NCBI GenBank assembly: GCA_001687465.1
Contig: LVLI01000229.1
Coordinates: 248,001 to 302,361 of the forward strand
DNA: 54,361 bases
Reading direction: 5' to 3'
DNA from: Halocafeteria seosinensis
Taxonomy: Eukaryota
Part shown: positions 11,449 through 24,310 of the stretch, one piece after another
Position numbering within the stretch: the stretch's first letter is position 1
How the letters are laid out: each line of letters begins with the position of its first letter
Notes under the pieces: model-generated
Database searches by the model: none
Seen by the model: only the letters and a program-made list of their open reading frames with translations
Told to the model about the DNA's origin: nothing
Position numbers and translations under genes: made by a program

Positions 11449-14400
11449 ATGAAGAAGGGCGCATCGCACTCGCCGCCGCGCGCATCTTCCGGGGGGCGGA
11501 CGAAAGCGATATCGTCTCCTGAAATCCGGGAACGCGAGCGGCACTTTCGAGCTCCCCATTTACGTGCAAACCCTCCTATATTGCATTTCGGGGGCTTCCA
11601 TGTGGATGAATCGAGTTCGCCCCTTGTTGCAACAGTGGACATCGTGAATGACGCTCAAGTTCCCATTCACATCGACGATATAGACCCTCCGGGAACCGAG
11701 GAATTCCGGATCCGGTACGAAAAAACTCATTTCAACTTGAATCCGGGACTCACCCAGACGGTGCACGTGGAATTCAAGCCCAAGGAGTATCAATACCACT
11801 ATGACTACTTTGTGGTTCGGGCGACGCACCAAGGGAGACAGGAGCTCAAAGTGCCGATTCATGCCTACCCGGTAAGTTACAGAGTTTCCGTTGTCACGGA
11901 CCAGTCCAATCAAACTTCCTGCTTGTTGAAAAACCCTGTAAGGATTGCAGGTGGTTAAAAAATTAGGATTCCCCCGGTATATTGATTTCGGTAGCGTGGA
12001 GCTAAATAGCATGGTTCAGCGCTCCGTGAAGATCGAGAATGAGGTTCCTGTGGAGTTCTCATATAAGATTGAGGCTCTCGAAAATGACCCGGCATTTGAA
12101 GTGGATCCTATGGAAGGGATTATACCCCCGAATGGCTCGACTAATGTGGTTATTCGTTTCAGCCCGTTCAATTATACCCTTTCTAGAATGACACTGGAAG
12201 TGTCCTGTAGTCAATTCAATTTCGCTCCCATTCATTGCACAGTGACGGGAACATCCCGTTCCGGCCTCACCCAGGAACGCATGGAACAAGAACATCTGAG
12301 AAAAACTATCGAAGAGGAAGGCGCCGTGCTTGAAAACCTGGACAACTCTCTTTTCAATTTCTCCAAAATGATGTCTGAGACAGGCACTGTCAATACTCTA
12401 TCAAAGGCGAAACGGCCTCCTCCTACAAAGGGGCGATCACGTAGCGGGGAGCCTACTGTTAATGAACAGAAGGAGCAGTTAAATGAACAGCGACAGCTGT
12501 TGGAAAAGAAACTGAACCAACTGAGGCACGGTCGCTCGGCAGGCGCAGCGGCAGATCCCGGATTGACGATGTTATCGAAACGCTTCAAGCAATACCGTGA
12601 CCAACAGCGTGAAAAGGAGCAAAGCTGGTGGGAAGAAACTAAGCGGGCGTATGAGGATGGCACGTTGGCCCTCTTGGATTTAACGCAGGAAGAAAAAGAT
12701 ATTTCGAGAGAAAGGGGACTACGTGTCCCTGAAAGTTTGTCTACAGTTACGGCTGCTAACTTTGTGCTTTCGCAAAAGCCGAATCACTTTACGCTAAAAG
12801 ATTTAAAGATCGCCACGGAGCAGCAGAAAGCACTGAAAAGGGAACAACGAGAAACTCAGGAAAAGATACGAGAACAGTATACTTCAGGAAAACCTACAAA
12901 AAATGATTTACTGAGGGCCGTGTATGGTATACCCGCTATCCTCATTGACGTTAGAGCTAATCACCTAATTTCAGTGCTTTGGACGAAGAGGACTAAGTAT
13001 CTGCCTTCAAAAAACACAGCAATGGAGAGTACAGGTAGTCTCGATGTCGAGTTTAATGTGGACGAACTCCTGCAGGAAATCTCTTCGCGGTCAGATGAAG
13101 ACCTCCATGTGCTAGATAAAGCCATGGATGAATATATAGGGTTGAGGGTTCACAGTAAAAAGGGGCATAGTACGTCCCTAGGCGATCCTATGAAGTTGAG
13201 ACGATTGGTGTTTTCCAACGAAATAGAAGAGCTCTCGCGCGCCGAAAGAGACCGTGTATACGCTTCAAAGGATGAATGGCTCGGTGATGATCCCCCCAAG
13301 GAAGATGAACGTGAGATGGTCTTGGAAGAACAGCGAAAACTGGACCAGCTAGAGTCTATATTGCGAGAGCGTGCTTTGAGGCGAGTGCGGCAGCCTTTGC
13401 AGCAACGACCTGTGAACAGCTCGGCACCGGCATTACCACAGGACCGACAAGTAACTGGATTACCTTCTTGGGAAGGAGATGAACAGAAGGAACCTGCATC
13501 CAGAATAACCGATGTAGGCGAGGAGAAAGAGGAGACAGAAGGAAAGGAGGAGGACGAAGAAGAAAACACTGAATCAAAGATTTTGGCTGAAGAGGAAATC
13601 AAGGAAGCCGAAACCAAAGAGGCGGGGACCACGACTGCGAAGCGCGAAGAGTCGGCCGACTTCGCTCCTGTTGTATGGAAAGTGAGGAAAAGCCATCTAC
13701 GGCGACTGCGCACGGTGTTTTCTACTGGACTTGTCAGACTCCGTGTTGAGAAAAGGTTGTCGCAGCTTCAGCATCTAGGGAAGGGGAAGCGAGGTGGCTC
13801 TTCGACTTCTGCCGCGAGCGAAACTTCTATTTTGCGTTCCAAACGAGGAAAGGTTCTGGGATCTGATTTTGAGATCCTGTTCTCGCGGCATGTTTTTCCA
13901 CAAAGCACCACTGCTGATGATACAGAATTTCGTATTCTTGGGGCAGAAGCGAAAACCAGGATGAGCAAATTGACAAAACTCGCGCAGAATGCAAGCGAGC
14001 TTGCCATCAAGAATGGACAAGATCCTATACTGGCAAAGAAAGCCGCATTGTTCGGTATTTCCCCTACTGGTGTCCTTGCTCCCAATGATGATTACGAGGA
14101 ACAAGAAATTAAGACCGCCCTTCTCCGTAGCAAGCCGCGTGAAGCCATGCCAAAATACGGGCTGCGGGCGATTAGAGCTGGGAAAACCGGGCAGTTGGCT
14201 AACCTGGACATGTCCTTGGTCGATCCGCAAGAAGAAGATACTGATGAGAATAGACTCGAGAGACTGATAGATGCACGATATGGTCTTATAAGAAGCTCAG
14301 ACGCTTTTCATCCCTACATCGGGACGATGATGGCTCGGGATGACTTCCAAGAGCCACGGTTGTACGAGCCACCAACAATGAGTAGAGCAGAGGTTGGCGT

Positions 14401-17400
14401 TGTGCCTGTTCCTGTTCCGGCCTACTCCGATTACCCTCCTCTAGAGACTATGCGCTCTCTGGAGAGTGGTGCCCTCTCTGAGGATCCCATTGGCTGCTCC
14501 GGAGAAGGAGGGGTTCCAGTCAGTGGGTGGAATCAAACCTTCACCAAAGAGTGGGTGCAAGCTGCCGAGGACCAACGCACTGTGAGTGAGGAGGAAGGAA
14601 GAAAGCGCAAAAAGGAATTGAGACAGTCAATGAGTAAATTGAGCCGGGAAACTGGTGTAAAATTGTTTACCGATGAAGATGGCGAAAATCTTGACATTGA
14701 CAGTGCTGAGGACGAAGGCAAGTTCGCAGATCTCCCATTGTTCCCCTTTAGGATCCGTCCTCCATTTTGCCTCCGCGAAGTAGATGTTACTCAGGACCCG
14801 TCTCTGAAAAATCTCCTGCGTTTAGCCGATATTAGAGTGCCGTCGCATCAAACGTTTTGGCGGAACGCAGCATCTCTTTTAGGACCAGCTTTTCTCGATC
14901 CTGGCCATAGAGTGTTTGAAAACTTTTCTCTCAAAGGCAGACTATCGGTGAATGAACGGGCAACGCCCTTTCAAGTAACATTCTGGAAACATCTCATGGA
15001 CAGAAAGAAAGCCTTCACGCAAGCGCCAGCCAACGCTGGAGGGCGGCCAGCTTCAGCTTCCAAGGATAAGAAAAAGAAGGAAAAGGTTGAATCATCACCT
15101 GAAGCTCCAGTCGTTGAAGACAATGAGGTGTGGAAGAAATTAATCGGATATGAGCCGGCTAAGGCCGAATACGGTTCGTTGCCTATATTTTACGAAGCGC
15201 TCCGGAAGCAGCCAATCCTCGATCTGGATCCGCGTAAGGCTTTCAATTGGGAAGCGCTGCTTGCTCGATACCTCAGGGTTTCTCTTAGGTGTCATCCTGA
15301 TGACCGAATTATAGCTGCAGCCACAGGCGTGGCACCGGCGAGTTTTACGTTCTCAGGTATTGGCGATTTCGATTGCGAAGGCGTAGAAACGCCAAACGAG
15401 AATGCGCATCAATTCTGGAACAATTACTTAGCATCGCGGGATCTTCTCGATTCCGATCAAGTTGGCATTGGAATCGGCGCTTCCCTTCCTGGGTATGTTG
15501 GTAGCAATGAATTTAAGAAGGAAGACAGTATCCTCGATTTTCTGTCCAAGGCTGTCGACAATAAGAAGAAAGAAGTGGGCACGGTACATTTTGCTGGCCA
15601 GGAAGAGGTTGCTGTGCGCCCACCATTATCCTTGACATTTCCCCGACCGGAATATCGCACTCTTGCTGAGACTGATTTCCCCAGCGTAACTTCTACCGAA
15701 AGTGACAACTCACCAGAAGGCGAGGACCTTAGCTTCGAGAAACGAGAGCAAAATATTGCAGCGTACCTAGACGAACATTTCGAGAGAGAATTTGATAATG
15801 ACAAGCTGATGTATGACCTCAACGGGGACGTCTGTACGGACTTTGACTGTTTTGCCGGGGCGGCAGGATATCACTCACTATATATGTCGTTCCACGACGA
15901 AACTGTTAGTGAGCTCGACTTTGGAGTACAGTATGACCCTTTCGCGGGAGTGGACATGTCGGAAAATTATAGCGCCCTTGTTGCGGGTGATACAGGCTTC
16001 TCAGACGTATTTACATCTGTATCTGCTGTGGAGTCTACCGAAGAAGATGAAGCGACGGTTAGCACTGAAACCGAAATCCAAAACAGTTTAAAATTGTTCG
16101 GAATCGAGGCCACCGAAGAAGGGGACGTTAAGGGTGGCTCGAAAGGAAAAAAAGGAAAGGGAGACAGCAATGCCAAGACGTCTGCAAAGGATAAAAAGGG
16201 AAAGAAAGGCAGTCCCCGAGATGCCGAGGACAGTGCTTCCGCAAAAGCCTCAGAGTCCTTCGTTGATACTCTGTTTTCAAAGTATCCGCATTTGAGAAAG
16301 GCTTGCCAACAGTCCCCGCTGAATGCTACTCTCTCTGAGGAAGAAGGAGCGGGAGAGGAAGTATCCGATTTACTTACCCTTAAGCGCGAAGAGTCCTTGT
16401 GTACCGATGGCGATGCCGAGCGATCGGTGAACCTGCAGAGACGTCAGCTCTCTGCTACAATACAATGGGCGACGGACGCTAATCCGAACAAATCCCCGTA
16501 CTCCCTCAACGATCCCAGGTATTCAGCATCAACGTTACCGCACATGCTTTTGGAGCCGGTTTCTGACGACCAACTTAGCGATGACTCGGAAAGCGATGTC
16601 GAAACCCCTGAAATGGACGGTGCGTTCTGCCGTGTAAAAGACTTAGAGGATAAGACTCACGTAGTGACCATATTTGATCTTGTCAAGGAGTTCGGGCCAG
16701 TTGTGCGAGGAGAATTGATGGCAGGTCAACCTGAGCCTCAAACGGAGCAAAGTCCTCGAGCCAGCACTGCATCCAGTGGCGGTAAAACACCAACCGGGAA
16801 GAAGGGCGCAGCAGGCAAAGGATCAAAAGGGAGGACAGCTACATCTCCAAAGGAGGCGGAGCCCAAAAAGGAGACGTACGCCATCTCCGCCGAAGACAAG
16901 TCAAACGATGGCCTGCTATCCACTCTGAGATGGCAATGCCGTGAGCCTCTCAGGAAACTACACTCTGTTGTCCAGAGGCAAATGAAGAATAACGTATTCA
17001 CCGACGGACTATTAAATCCCCGTCTATTTAACGCGAAACGATGCGAACCATGCGCTGCCCACAAGTGCCGAATACTCCTCAATCTGCGATACCATGCCAG
17101 TCTTTGTGACAGCATGACCACACTGGGTCTTTCGCTCGCAGCGTACAACTCCGTGTTACAGGGAGATACATCCAGATTGGACAGTGTCTACAACAGCATC
17201 GAATGGCTGCGCGCCCGATGGAGTCTGCCGCACAAACTCGACATAGATCAGCAGAGGTTCTCAGAAGGAGAGATGAATGTCCTGGAGTTTGAAGCTATAC
17301 AGGCATATGAACGAACGGTTGAGCAACTTATTTCAGCCCCACTCCACTGTTACAGGTCCAAAAGGAAAGGAGGCATGGGACGCAATGCTCTTAATCTATT

Positions 17401-17494
17401 GCCTTTACCCCGTACGGTGACCGAAGTGGATACGCAAAGAACGGAACTCCGACGTCGACGACAGAACTTAGAAATGGGTTCCTTGGTGGAGTAA
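11449..17494 (+). CDS. CFAP221: Cilia- and flagella-associated protein 221 (PCDP1)-like with a long C-terminal extension (~1988 aa)
   Basis: Exons 11449-11871 and 11951-17494 (intron GTAAGT..TTGCAG). The N-terminal ASH/Ig-like region carries PPILHFGGF, LNPGL, YHYDY, VPIHAYPV, GIIPPNG and SQFNFAP, matching the CFAP221 family as I recall it. Confidence 0.8.
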
Positions 17495-17589
17495 GTAGTA
17501 TGCCGAAACACCGGCTTGCTGCCGTTCCCGAGCAAATTTTAATTTGCTCCCACACAATGCCACATGCATTAAGTTTCAAATGTAACACA

Positions 17590-20030
17590 TCACACGGTTT
17601 CTTCAGACAGTAAATAGGAGCACATTCTTCGAGTTAACTGAAGCGTGGCTTTTTCTTGCTCATCCATTAGTAATGCGTTCCCTACTTGTTCAAGGTAACT
17701 CTCGTTCGTGAGCCTCCGCTCCGAGTAGTCGGTCCGCGGTAAGTTTCTAAAATTGTACGAAGCATCTAGCCCACTATAGTACCTAGGAAGGCAAAGTTCC
17801 CACAACTGCTTGTTTCCAAACAAGGATAGCAATGCAATGGCAGCACTTTGAACGAGGCTTGAGCTGAGCAAGAGCGAGGCTAAGTGATCGACAGGCTCGT
17901 CCAATGGTGCCGCCTTTCCCTGCTTTCGACGCTCAACAATTGTGCATAACTGAGCCACCATACTCTCCTCGCTAATTCTCGGATACAGTTGTGCGGTCTG
18001 CCTGCGCACCGCATAAGCCAGCGAGAACGAGAGTAAGAGAGGCATAAGTCGTTCCGGTGAATCGCCGTCTAGTAGCATTTCGGAGCTAATGTCCACCGGG
18101 AAATCGCCAACGGTGTCTGCTCTTATCCATCGATACGATGCAAGAACATTCCAAAGTCGGTTTGCTAGTACTTCGGCCGTCTTCGAAGAATGGAAATTGT
18201 GTACATATGTTCCAATTTGGAATGTATTCATCACCGGCTCATCTGAAGCGGCCAGATTTCGGTTCATCATGCTCCGAAGGGTCACTAACACATTACATAA
18301 GTATTCCACATTAGTTCCATTTCGGCTTAAAATCGACAGAGGGATAATCGCTGAGCCATTACGAGTCTGAGAGTAAGTTTCCGCCGAAAGTTGGCCCGAA
18401 TAGAATAGTCGATCCGTCTCTTCATTGCCAGCGGCACTAGGCGAAATTTGCTCGACTTTGCCTATATCGTACATCTCTCGAGCTTCTTCGAGCTCGCAAA
18501 AGAGGAGACATAATTTCTTGAAAGCGCTTTCGGACAAGTCTACAAGTCTTCCTCGAGAGTTACTGCATAGTTTACCAATCCCCAATTCCGGACCAGAGTA
18601 TTCCTGGAAGCACACAAATCTGACGGCAGCAACAATGTGATGGTATTCCTTCCCACCAAGAATGTTGTTAAGCATGTTGACTTTTTCCACAAACGCATCG
18701 TCGCTCCCCCTAGTATCGCCTTTTCCTTTCTTTCTTTTCTTCTTACTGGAAGGGTGACATAATGCATCAGGTTTCAAAACACAATTAAGGATGCTCTCTT
18801 GGGTGGAGGCGGTGCGTCCTTTAGAGTTACTCCCAAACAACACGGTCATTAGTTCCACGTCGGCAGCAATCATCTCTGGGGATCCGATTCCAGAAGATCT
18901 ATTACTAGTGCTCTGTTTTTGTATCCTAGTTACTATTTCTCGCAATATTTGCGCTGTAACTTCAATAACATAGTGCGGGTTGCTGCAAAAGGCAAGCAAG
19001 ATGGAATGCGTCGTGGCGCGGGTTGAAAATTGACGAGCAGAGAAACTTACAAATTGTCGGCAGATGACGAAGCCGAACTACTCGCACCGTGCGAATTATT
19101 ACGGCGCATACGTCTTTTCTTTTTCTTCCTTGGGATAGCATCATTTTGTAAGCAGTGTTCGGCATACTGAGACATTTGCCGATGTAACCAGCCTTTCGTC
19201 GGCGTAAAATCGTTTCCGACCAAGCACGCAAATGTTGGTAAGAAGTTAACCGGAATTCTGGTCACCTCCGCCAATTTTCGGGCTTTGAAGACTCTGGCCA
19301 CCATCCTTATAGTATTGGACTCGTTTTCAGTATAGCTTTGTAAATCAGCAAACGGTATAACACCAGGGATGTCAAAAATAACGAAATCACTATCGTTCGA
19401 TAAAACATAAATCGGGCTCGTGCTCAAGGTGTCTTCCCCGACCGTCGAACCATTACCGCACAAGGCGTTAGTAGCCTCCTTCCACTTGGATTCCGACGTT
19501 AAGGACGCAATGACTATGTCTGCTTCCCCGCGAGTTCGGTAAACGTAGACATTCGAGTCCACCAACGCCGTTAGAACTGTGGCCAGTAACAACTGCGGTT
19601 TGACGAACTTGTGTGGTCCAAATTCGCGGAGTACGCGAGTCGTCGCGGACTGGCCATTGCCTGAAGGGTGCTCCTGTAGTAAGCTCAAAATACGCTCGAG
19701 TTCACGTAAATCGGCCTGACAATCTTCTGTGCGACTTTGACTCGTAGCACTCTTTTTGGGATCCGGAAGTCCGTCCACGACAAAGAACGGCACGATTCCA
19801 CTTCGCCTCAAGCGCTCCACGAACGCCACCACGCGCTGGTACAGTGCGGCATACTCTCCCCCGTGCAAATAATCCAACGGAGGGTTATCGGGATCCGTCT
19901 CTGTCGTGTATAGGAAGTATCCCAGTCCCTTCGCGTCCACGACGAGTCTCGATCCCGGTTCCAATTCATGTTGCTCAGAGAAGACTTGCGGGCAACTGCG
20001 CATCCAGCCCGTCAGACCGTGCACTCCCAT
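17590..20030 (-). CDS. Asteroid/ASTE1-like PIN-domain (XPG/FEN1 superfamily) nuclease (~790 aa)
   Basis: Exons 20030-19051 and 18982-17590; a 68-nt intron joins the two ORFs in frame. Motifs: MGVHGL, VVDAKG, GGEY, FVVDG, GEAD, LSNDSDF and LVGNDF. Confidence 0.8.
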
Positions 20031-20193
20031 AGCTACACTCTGCCTCCGGAATCACTGCCAACAATACATTCAATATACGACTATTATGGTTCATTATTAA
20101 GGTGTCAGAAACTGGACTTCAACTTGGGGGTCAAAGCATTATAGATATGATAATGAGCCCACATTTCAAGCTAAGGATCGCCCCCCTGTCGAT

Positions 20194-20266
20194 GCCCTAG
20201 TAGCTCAGTGGATAGAGCGTCTGACTTCTAATCAGAAGGTCGTGGGTTCGAACCCCACCTGGGGTA
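20194..20266 (+). tRNA. tRNA-Arg(TCT), intronless
   Basis: Cloverleaf: acceptor stem GCCCTAG/CTGGGGT, D arm GCTC/GAGC, anticodon arm TCTGA-CTTCTAA-TCAGA, T arm GTGGG-TTCGAAC-CCCAC. A T-run follows at 20293-20303. Confidence 0.95.
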
Positions 20267-20292
20267 TAGGCTTTCCGCGCAAGCTGTTTGTC

Positions 20293-20303
20293 TTTTTTTT
20301 TTT
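20293..20303 (+). terminator. Oligo-T tract, probable Pol III terminator of tRNA-Arg(TCT)
   Basis: An 11-T run lies ~27 nt downstream of the tRNA. Confidence 0.5.
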
Positions 20304-20569
20304 CTTTTGCTCTTTTGTTCGCGCTATACAAGCAACGGGAGTTACAAAGTAAGCTTGACTAATGTAGTACGAAAAGAGCTCGGGGTGGTCTGCGTGCGTA
20401 ATTTGGTAAATCAATGGCGTCTCCTCCACCAACTAACTTCACAAAAAACAGAGGCGGGATCGTGACTGGTGGGCACGTTTGCTCAATTTCTTTCGATTCA
20501 TACAGCCACAATATCAGCACAGTTTTTGTGAGTCGTGTGTGTGCGAATGGAGGCTCTCAGACATCTACC

Positions 20570-21861
20570 ATGGCGACTGAGCTCTCGGAGAGTGATAAAG
20601 TAAGCCTTCTGGAGCTGTGCGAGAACGACGCCAGCGAGATGGAGGACGACGACAGGGTGGAATTAGAGCGTATCGCGGCTAAATACGGTGGCAAAGGACT
20701 CGATCTAAAGCTAGATGAAGTCGTACGTGCTGTTTGGATCACCCCTGTGGTCTTTGAATAGGAAAGCCTCTATTACTCACTCACAGGAAGGTCTAACCAT
20801 CCTGCACTTGGCGGTGAGTTACGGCAACATATCCTTAGTTGCGGCGCTTATTGAGAAGTTCAGGGTGAACGTCGAGGCTAGAGACAAGGTGAGATTTTCC
20901 CCTCTTGCTTGCGTTCCGCGAAATGCCCCCAAAACATTGGCATCTTGTATAAACAGGGAGGTAGAACACCGCTGCACATTGCTGCCCAGGAGGGACATGT
21001 CAAGTTAGTCAAGCGATTGGTAGATGATTGGCATGTCGATGCTCAGGCCAAGTCACATGTAAGTTGTACTATTCATTCCGCAAGTTTCGTGGACCAGGTT
21101 TATCGAGTTACGAGTGATTGCAGACCGGCAACACTACGCTGCATCTGGCCGCTGAAGCTGGCCAGCAAGCAGTCGTCCAGTATTTTGTCGCTAAGTCAGG
21201 AAATGGACCTTTCCTGAACTGCAAAGACTCGCTAGTAAGTGCATGCTGACAAAGAAAATTACCATGGGATGTTCTGTATCACGCCTGCATATCTTGTTCA
21301 GGGTGAACAAACGGCCTTGCATAAAGCAGTCATCAGTGGAAGTCGAGAGTGTGTGGTAGCACTACTGCAAACTGGAGCTGTCGATGTCAACGCCACAGAC
21401 AAGGTATTTATGAATCATCTCTTGATACGATATTCAGAAGGCAGCATTAGCTTCGTTTGTTGGTGGGTTTACCTTTCTGTTCCAGTCCGGTCGACTCCCG
21501 CTTCACCTGGCAGCTGTGATTGGACGTAAGGACATTGCTGCCGCACTCCTCAAACACCCTCAAGTGAAAGTGGACGCAAAGGACATGGTAAGACCTCTTT
21601 ACTGTTTGCATGCGTTAAGTTTGCAATCTCATTTTTCGCTACGCCTGTTTGTTGTATCATCATCAGAATGGTGAAACACCGCTTGACTTGGCTCGGAAAT
21701 CAGATTCCACCGAAATGGTCACATATTTAGAGAACTGTCAGCACAGCACCTCGCAAAGAACACTGAATTCAAGTGCCCGATATTTGAATTGGATAGAATG
21801 TATCCCTCTCTGTTTGTTAGCTCTGTCAGCTTTGGTAGTCGTAGCTCGAGGAAGTCATTAG
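20570..21861 (+). CDS. Ankyrin-repeat protein (~288 aa) with a hydrophobic C-terminal tail
   Basis: Exons 20570-20722, 20787-20888, 20957-21058, 21124-21234, 21302-21403, 21486-21587 and 21667-21861; all introns are phase 0. Repeats begin GLTILHLA, GRTPLHIA, GNTTLHLA, EQTALHKA, GRLPLHLA and GETPLDLA. The tail reads CIPLCLLALSALVVVARGSH. Confidence 0.85.
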
Positions 21862-21874
21862 AAACGTCCACGTG

Positions 21875-23075
21875 TCAGACTTCCGCCGGCTGCACTAGGA
21901 ATCGGTGGCATCTGAAATTGGGCCGATTGGACAGAAACGTGGTCTTCTTCTGCGAGTCAGGTGGTTTTGGTGTTTTTGTTGCGGTGACCGCTGGAAGCTC
22001 TGGTTGCAAAGAGTACTCCATACGCGAGGTAGCTAGCCTGTTGCAGGGACGGCAGGGTGTCGCCATCTCAAGATGGATTCCGTCCTCTGAAAGCTTTGAA
22101 GTACGACTCGGATTGCCACCAAGCCGGTTAGGACTTCCTGTTGGGTGTTGTCGGGTTTGCTCTTCCGAACTGCGCTGCTCGGAATACGGACTTCGGTCAA
22201 CGACTGAATCATCCGTGGAGCTGTCTGCGCCAGTCGGATTGTCCGGGGAGCTAACGTCTTCCATGCTAGCGGTCTCTTCCAGCTTATTGCCGGCGGGATG
22301 TTCATCTGGACAAGAGCGCCGTTGGCATTTGTATCCAAACTTGCACTTGCCGTCCGATTGAGCCGGGTGTTGGAAATTACAGTTGTGTTTCTTGCACTTC
22401 TTTCCAAAGCGACATCGCTTCGTTTTCTTCTTCTTTGAAGGAGACTGCACTTGATACGCAGGGGCAGATGTGTGATCATCTTTTGCGTTATGGATACCAC
22501 ATTCCCCTGCTGTCTTTTTCAAGTATGTGTAGTGATCAATCACAGCCTGGACTTTTGGACTCTCTGGCAGGAACTCCTTGTCAACGAAGGTGTACGGAAT
22601 CAAACGCTGCATACACCAGGTTTTTAATTGCGAAGGCTGCTTCGCTTTGGCAACGTGATCTCGAAACATGTCATTAGTAACAACGTAGCCAGCGTGTTCC
22701 TTTGCATAAGAGAGTATGAAATGATCATCATGGGCTTGGGAGGGGGTTAGCGTTATGATTTTTTCTTTCTGAACTAACTCCTTAACGTACTCAGGATCCC
22801 ACCATTTCTTATCTGCACCATGTCGATCGAAGCTTAAATTTCGAAAATGCGGGAATTAAGACAAGCTTTTATATATGCTTACTCGTATCGCAATTCTTGA
22901 TCCACCACTGCGGAAGGAAAGCAAAGCACCTCATGCCTCTACTTGCAAAATATCTGATCGTGGTTCTGATTCTTTCAATATCACAATGCTCCCAGGAGTC
23001 ACCATCTTCAGCTCCAGTTCCCGATAGAGCCACATTAGCACCGTCAACCACTACTGGAGGACATTGACATGGCAT
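21875..23075 (-). CDS. Zc3h12a/Regnase/N4BP1-type NYN (PIN) ribonuclease with two CCCH zinc fingers (~376 aa)
   Basis: Exons 23075-22883 and 22812-21875 (70-nt intron). Catalytic motifs: VVVDGANVA, TPSQAHDDHFIL and VVTNDMFRDH. Fingers: CRFGKKCKKHNCNFQH and CKFGYKCQRRSCPDEH. Confidence 0.85.
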
Positions 23076-24099
23076 CTTGTTTCTCCTCTAGGTTTCTTTC
23101 GTTTGAAGCGGATTCCTACTCATAAGTACGCTGAAACCCCATAGCGAATCTCACACCACTCCATGAAAAAAACAGCAACTTTTCCTCTTATCCCACTCAA
23201 AGCTCCTTTGAACGATCCGCAAAATTGTACGGCATAGGAAATAAATGACGCTTTAGCGACCTTGCCTCGTCGCGACCACGAAGGAATGGCTGGAAAAGGT
23301 TACACTTTACCTTCTTCCAAAAAATAAAAGTAGAGATCACTTACCCGCAGATGCAACCGGTCCTTAACTTAGGATGCTACAATCAGAACAAAACCAATTT
23401 CTTCTGGCATTGAAAGGTTATTGAGGTCGTAGAACATGGAGCTGCCGGATGGTAATTTTCACAAAACTGCCGCTGCTTCCGCTTCAAGTTTGGTCATGCT
23501 GGAAGTATTGCTACAACCAGTGCAGAACGGAAACCATAGTTAACTTTCAGCAGCCGTATGACCGCTAGGCTACTGGTGTTTGGGAATCTCTTCTCACAGT
23601 TCCAGTATCAGTGTCTTCGCTGGCCCCAAAACTCTACGAAGAGAGAAGATGGTAACGTATTTGAGTTTGCCGGGACTATTGCAATGTATGGGTGAAATTG
23701 ACTCGCAGCCCTGCGGCTGTACTGGAGAAATCGGTTGCTTGGAAAGTGTTGGCATAGTCGAAAATAAAGTGATAGAAGTATCTGGTTAAAGCGCAAGCGG
23801 CACAGTATTGCTGTGGACAATGCAGGTACAAAGGATGGCAAGAAAAGTGCCATGAATAGCTAAAGTATGCGGGAAGCCTCTGGATTCCCATCTCGCCGTA
23901 TACTTAGTCTTAACAGACTCTCAGGAGCGGTTTGTCTCTCCCACCCCTTCACTAGCGAGGATACATTGGGAGGTGAGTAGGCAATAACGTCGTGACACCT
24001 AGGAATCATAGATTCCTACGCCACAGGACAGGTTGCTTCGCATACCGTTGGAGCAGAAACGGCTACTTCGGTTTTTTGAACATAGCGTCGGCGAACTAA

Positions 24100-24310
24100 C
24101 CCTTATCCCTATGGAATTTGTAATCGTAGTCAGGATAAAACAGGAGAGATCCAACAGTGTCCAGTTTTGTAGATGTTGGGAAGCTGAATCGGTAGCTTGT
24201 ACCCATCTACTGCATATGGTCGAGCGACTCATCGTTTCTCGTGACGGCGTTCCGCATGAATCCTTACCCCACATCGGTTATAAGTATTCTAAGAGAATAT
24301 ACAAGGTTCA
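24100..24310 (-). pseudogene. Degenerate LRR fragment related to the adjacent LRR gene
   Basis: The minus strand reads ASQHLQNWTLLDLSCFILTTITNS, resembling AFQHLSNLTLLNISRCNQTTVTDS of the neighbour. There is no continuous frame. Confidence 0.4.

Noticed and set aside
23100..24000. Possible upstream exon of the NYN gene or a separate gene (minus-strand GTAAGT donor near 23344)
   Set aside because: The frames I tried contain stops; at most a 5' UTR intron or a relic.
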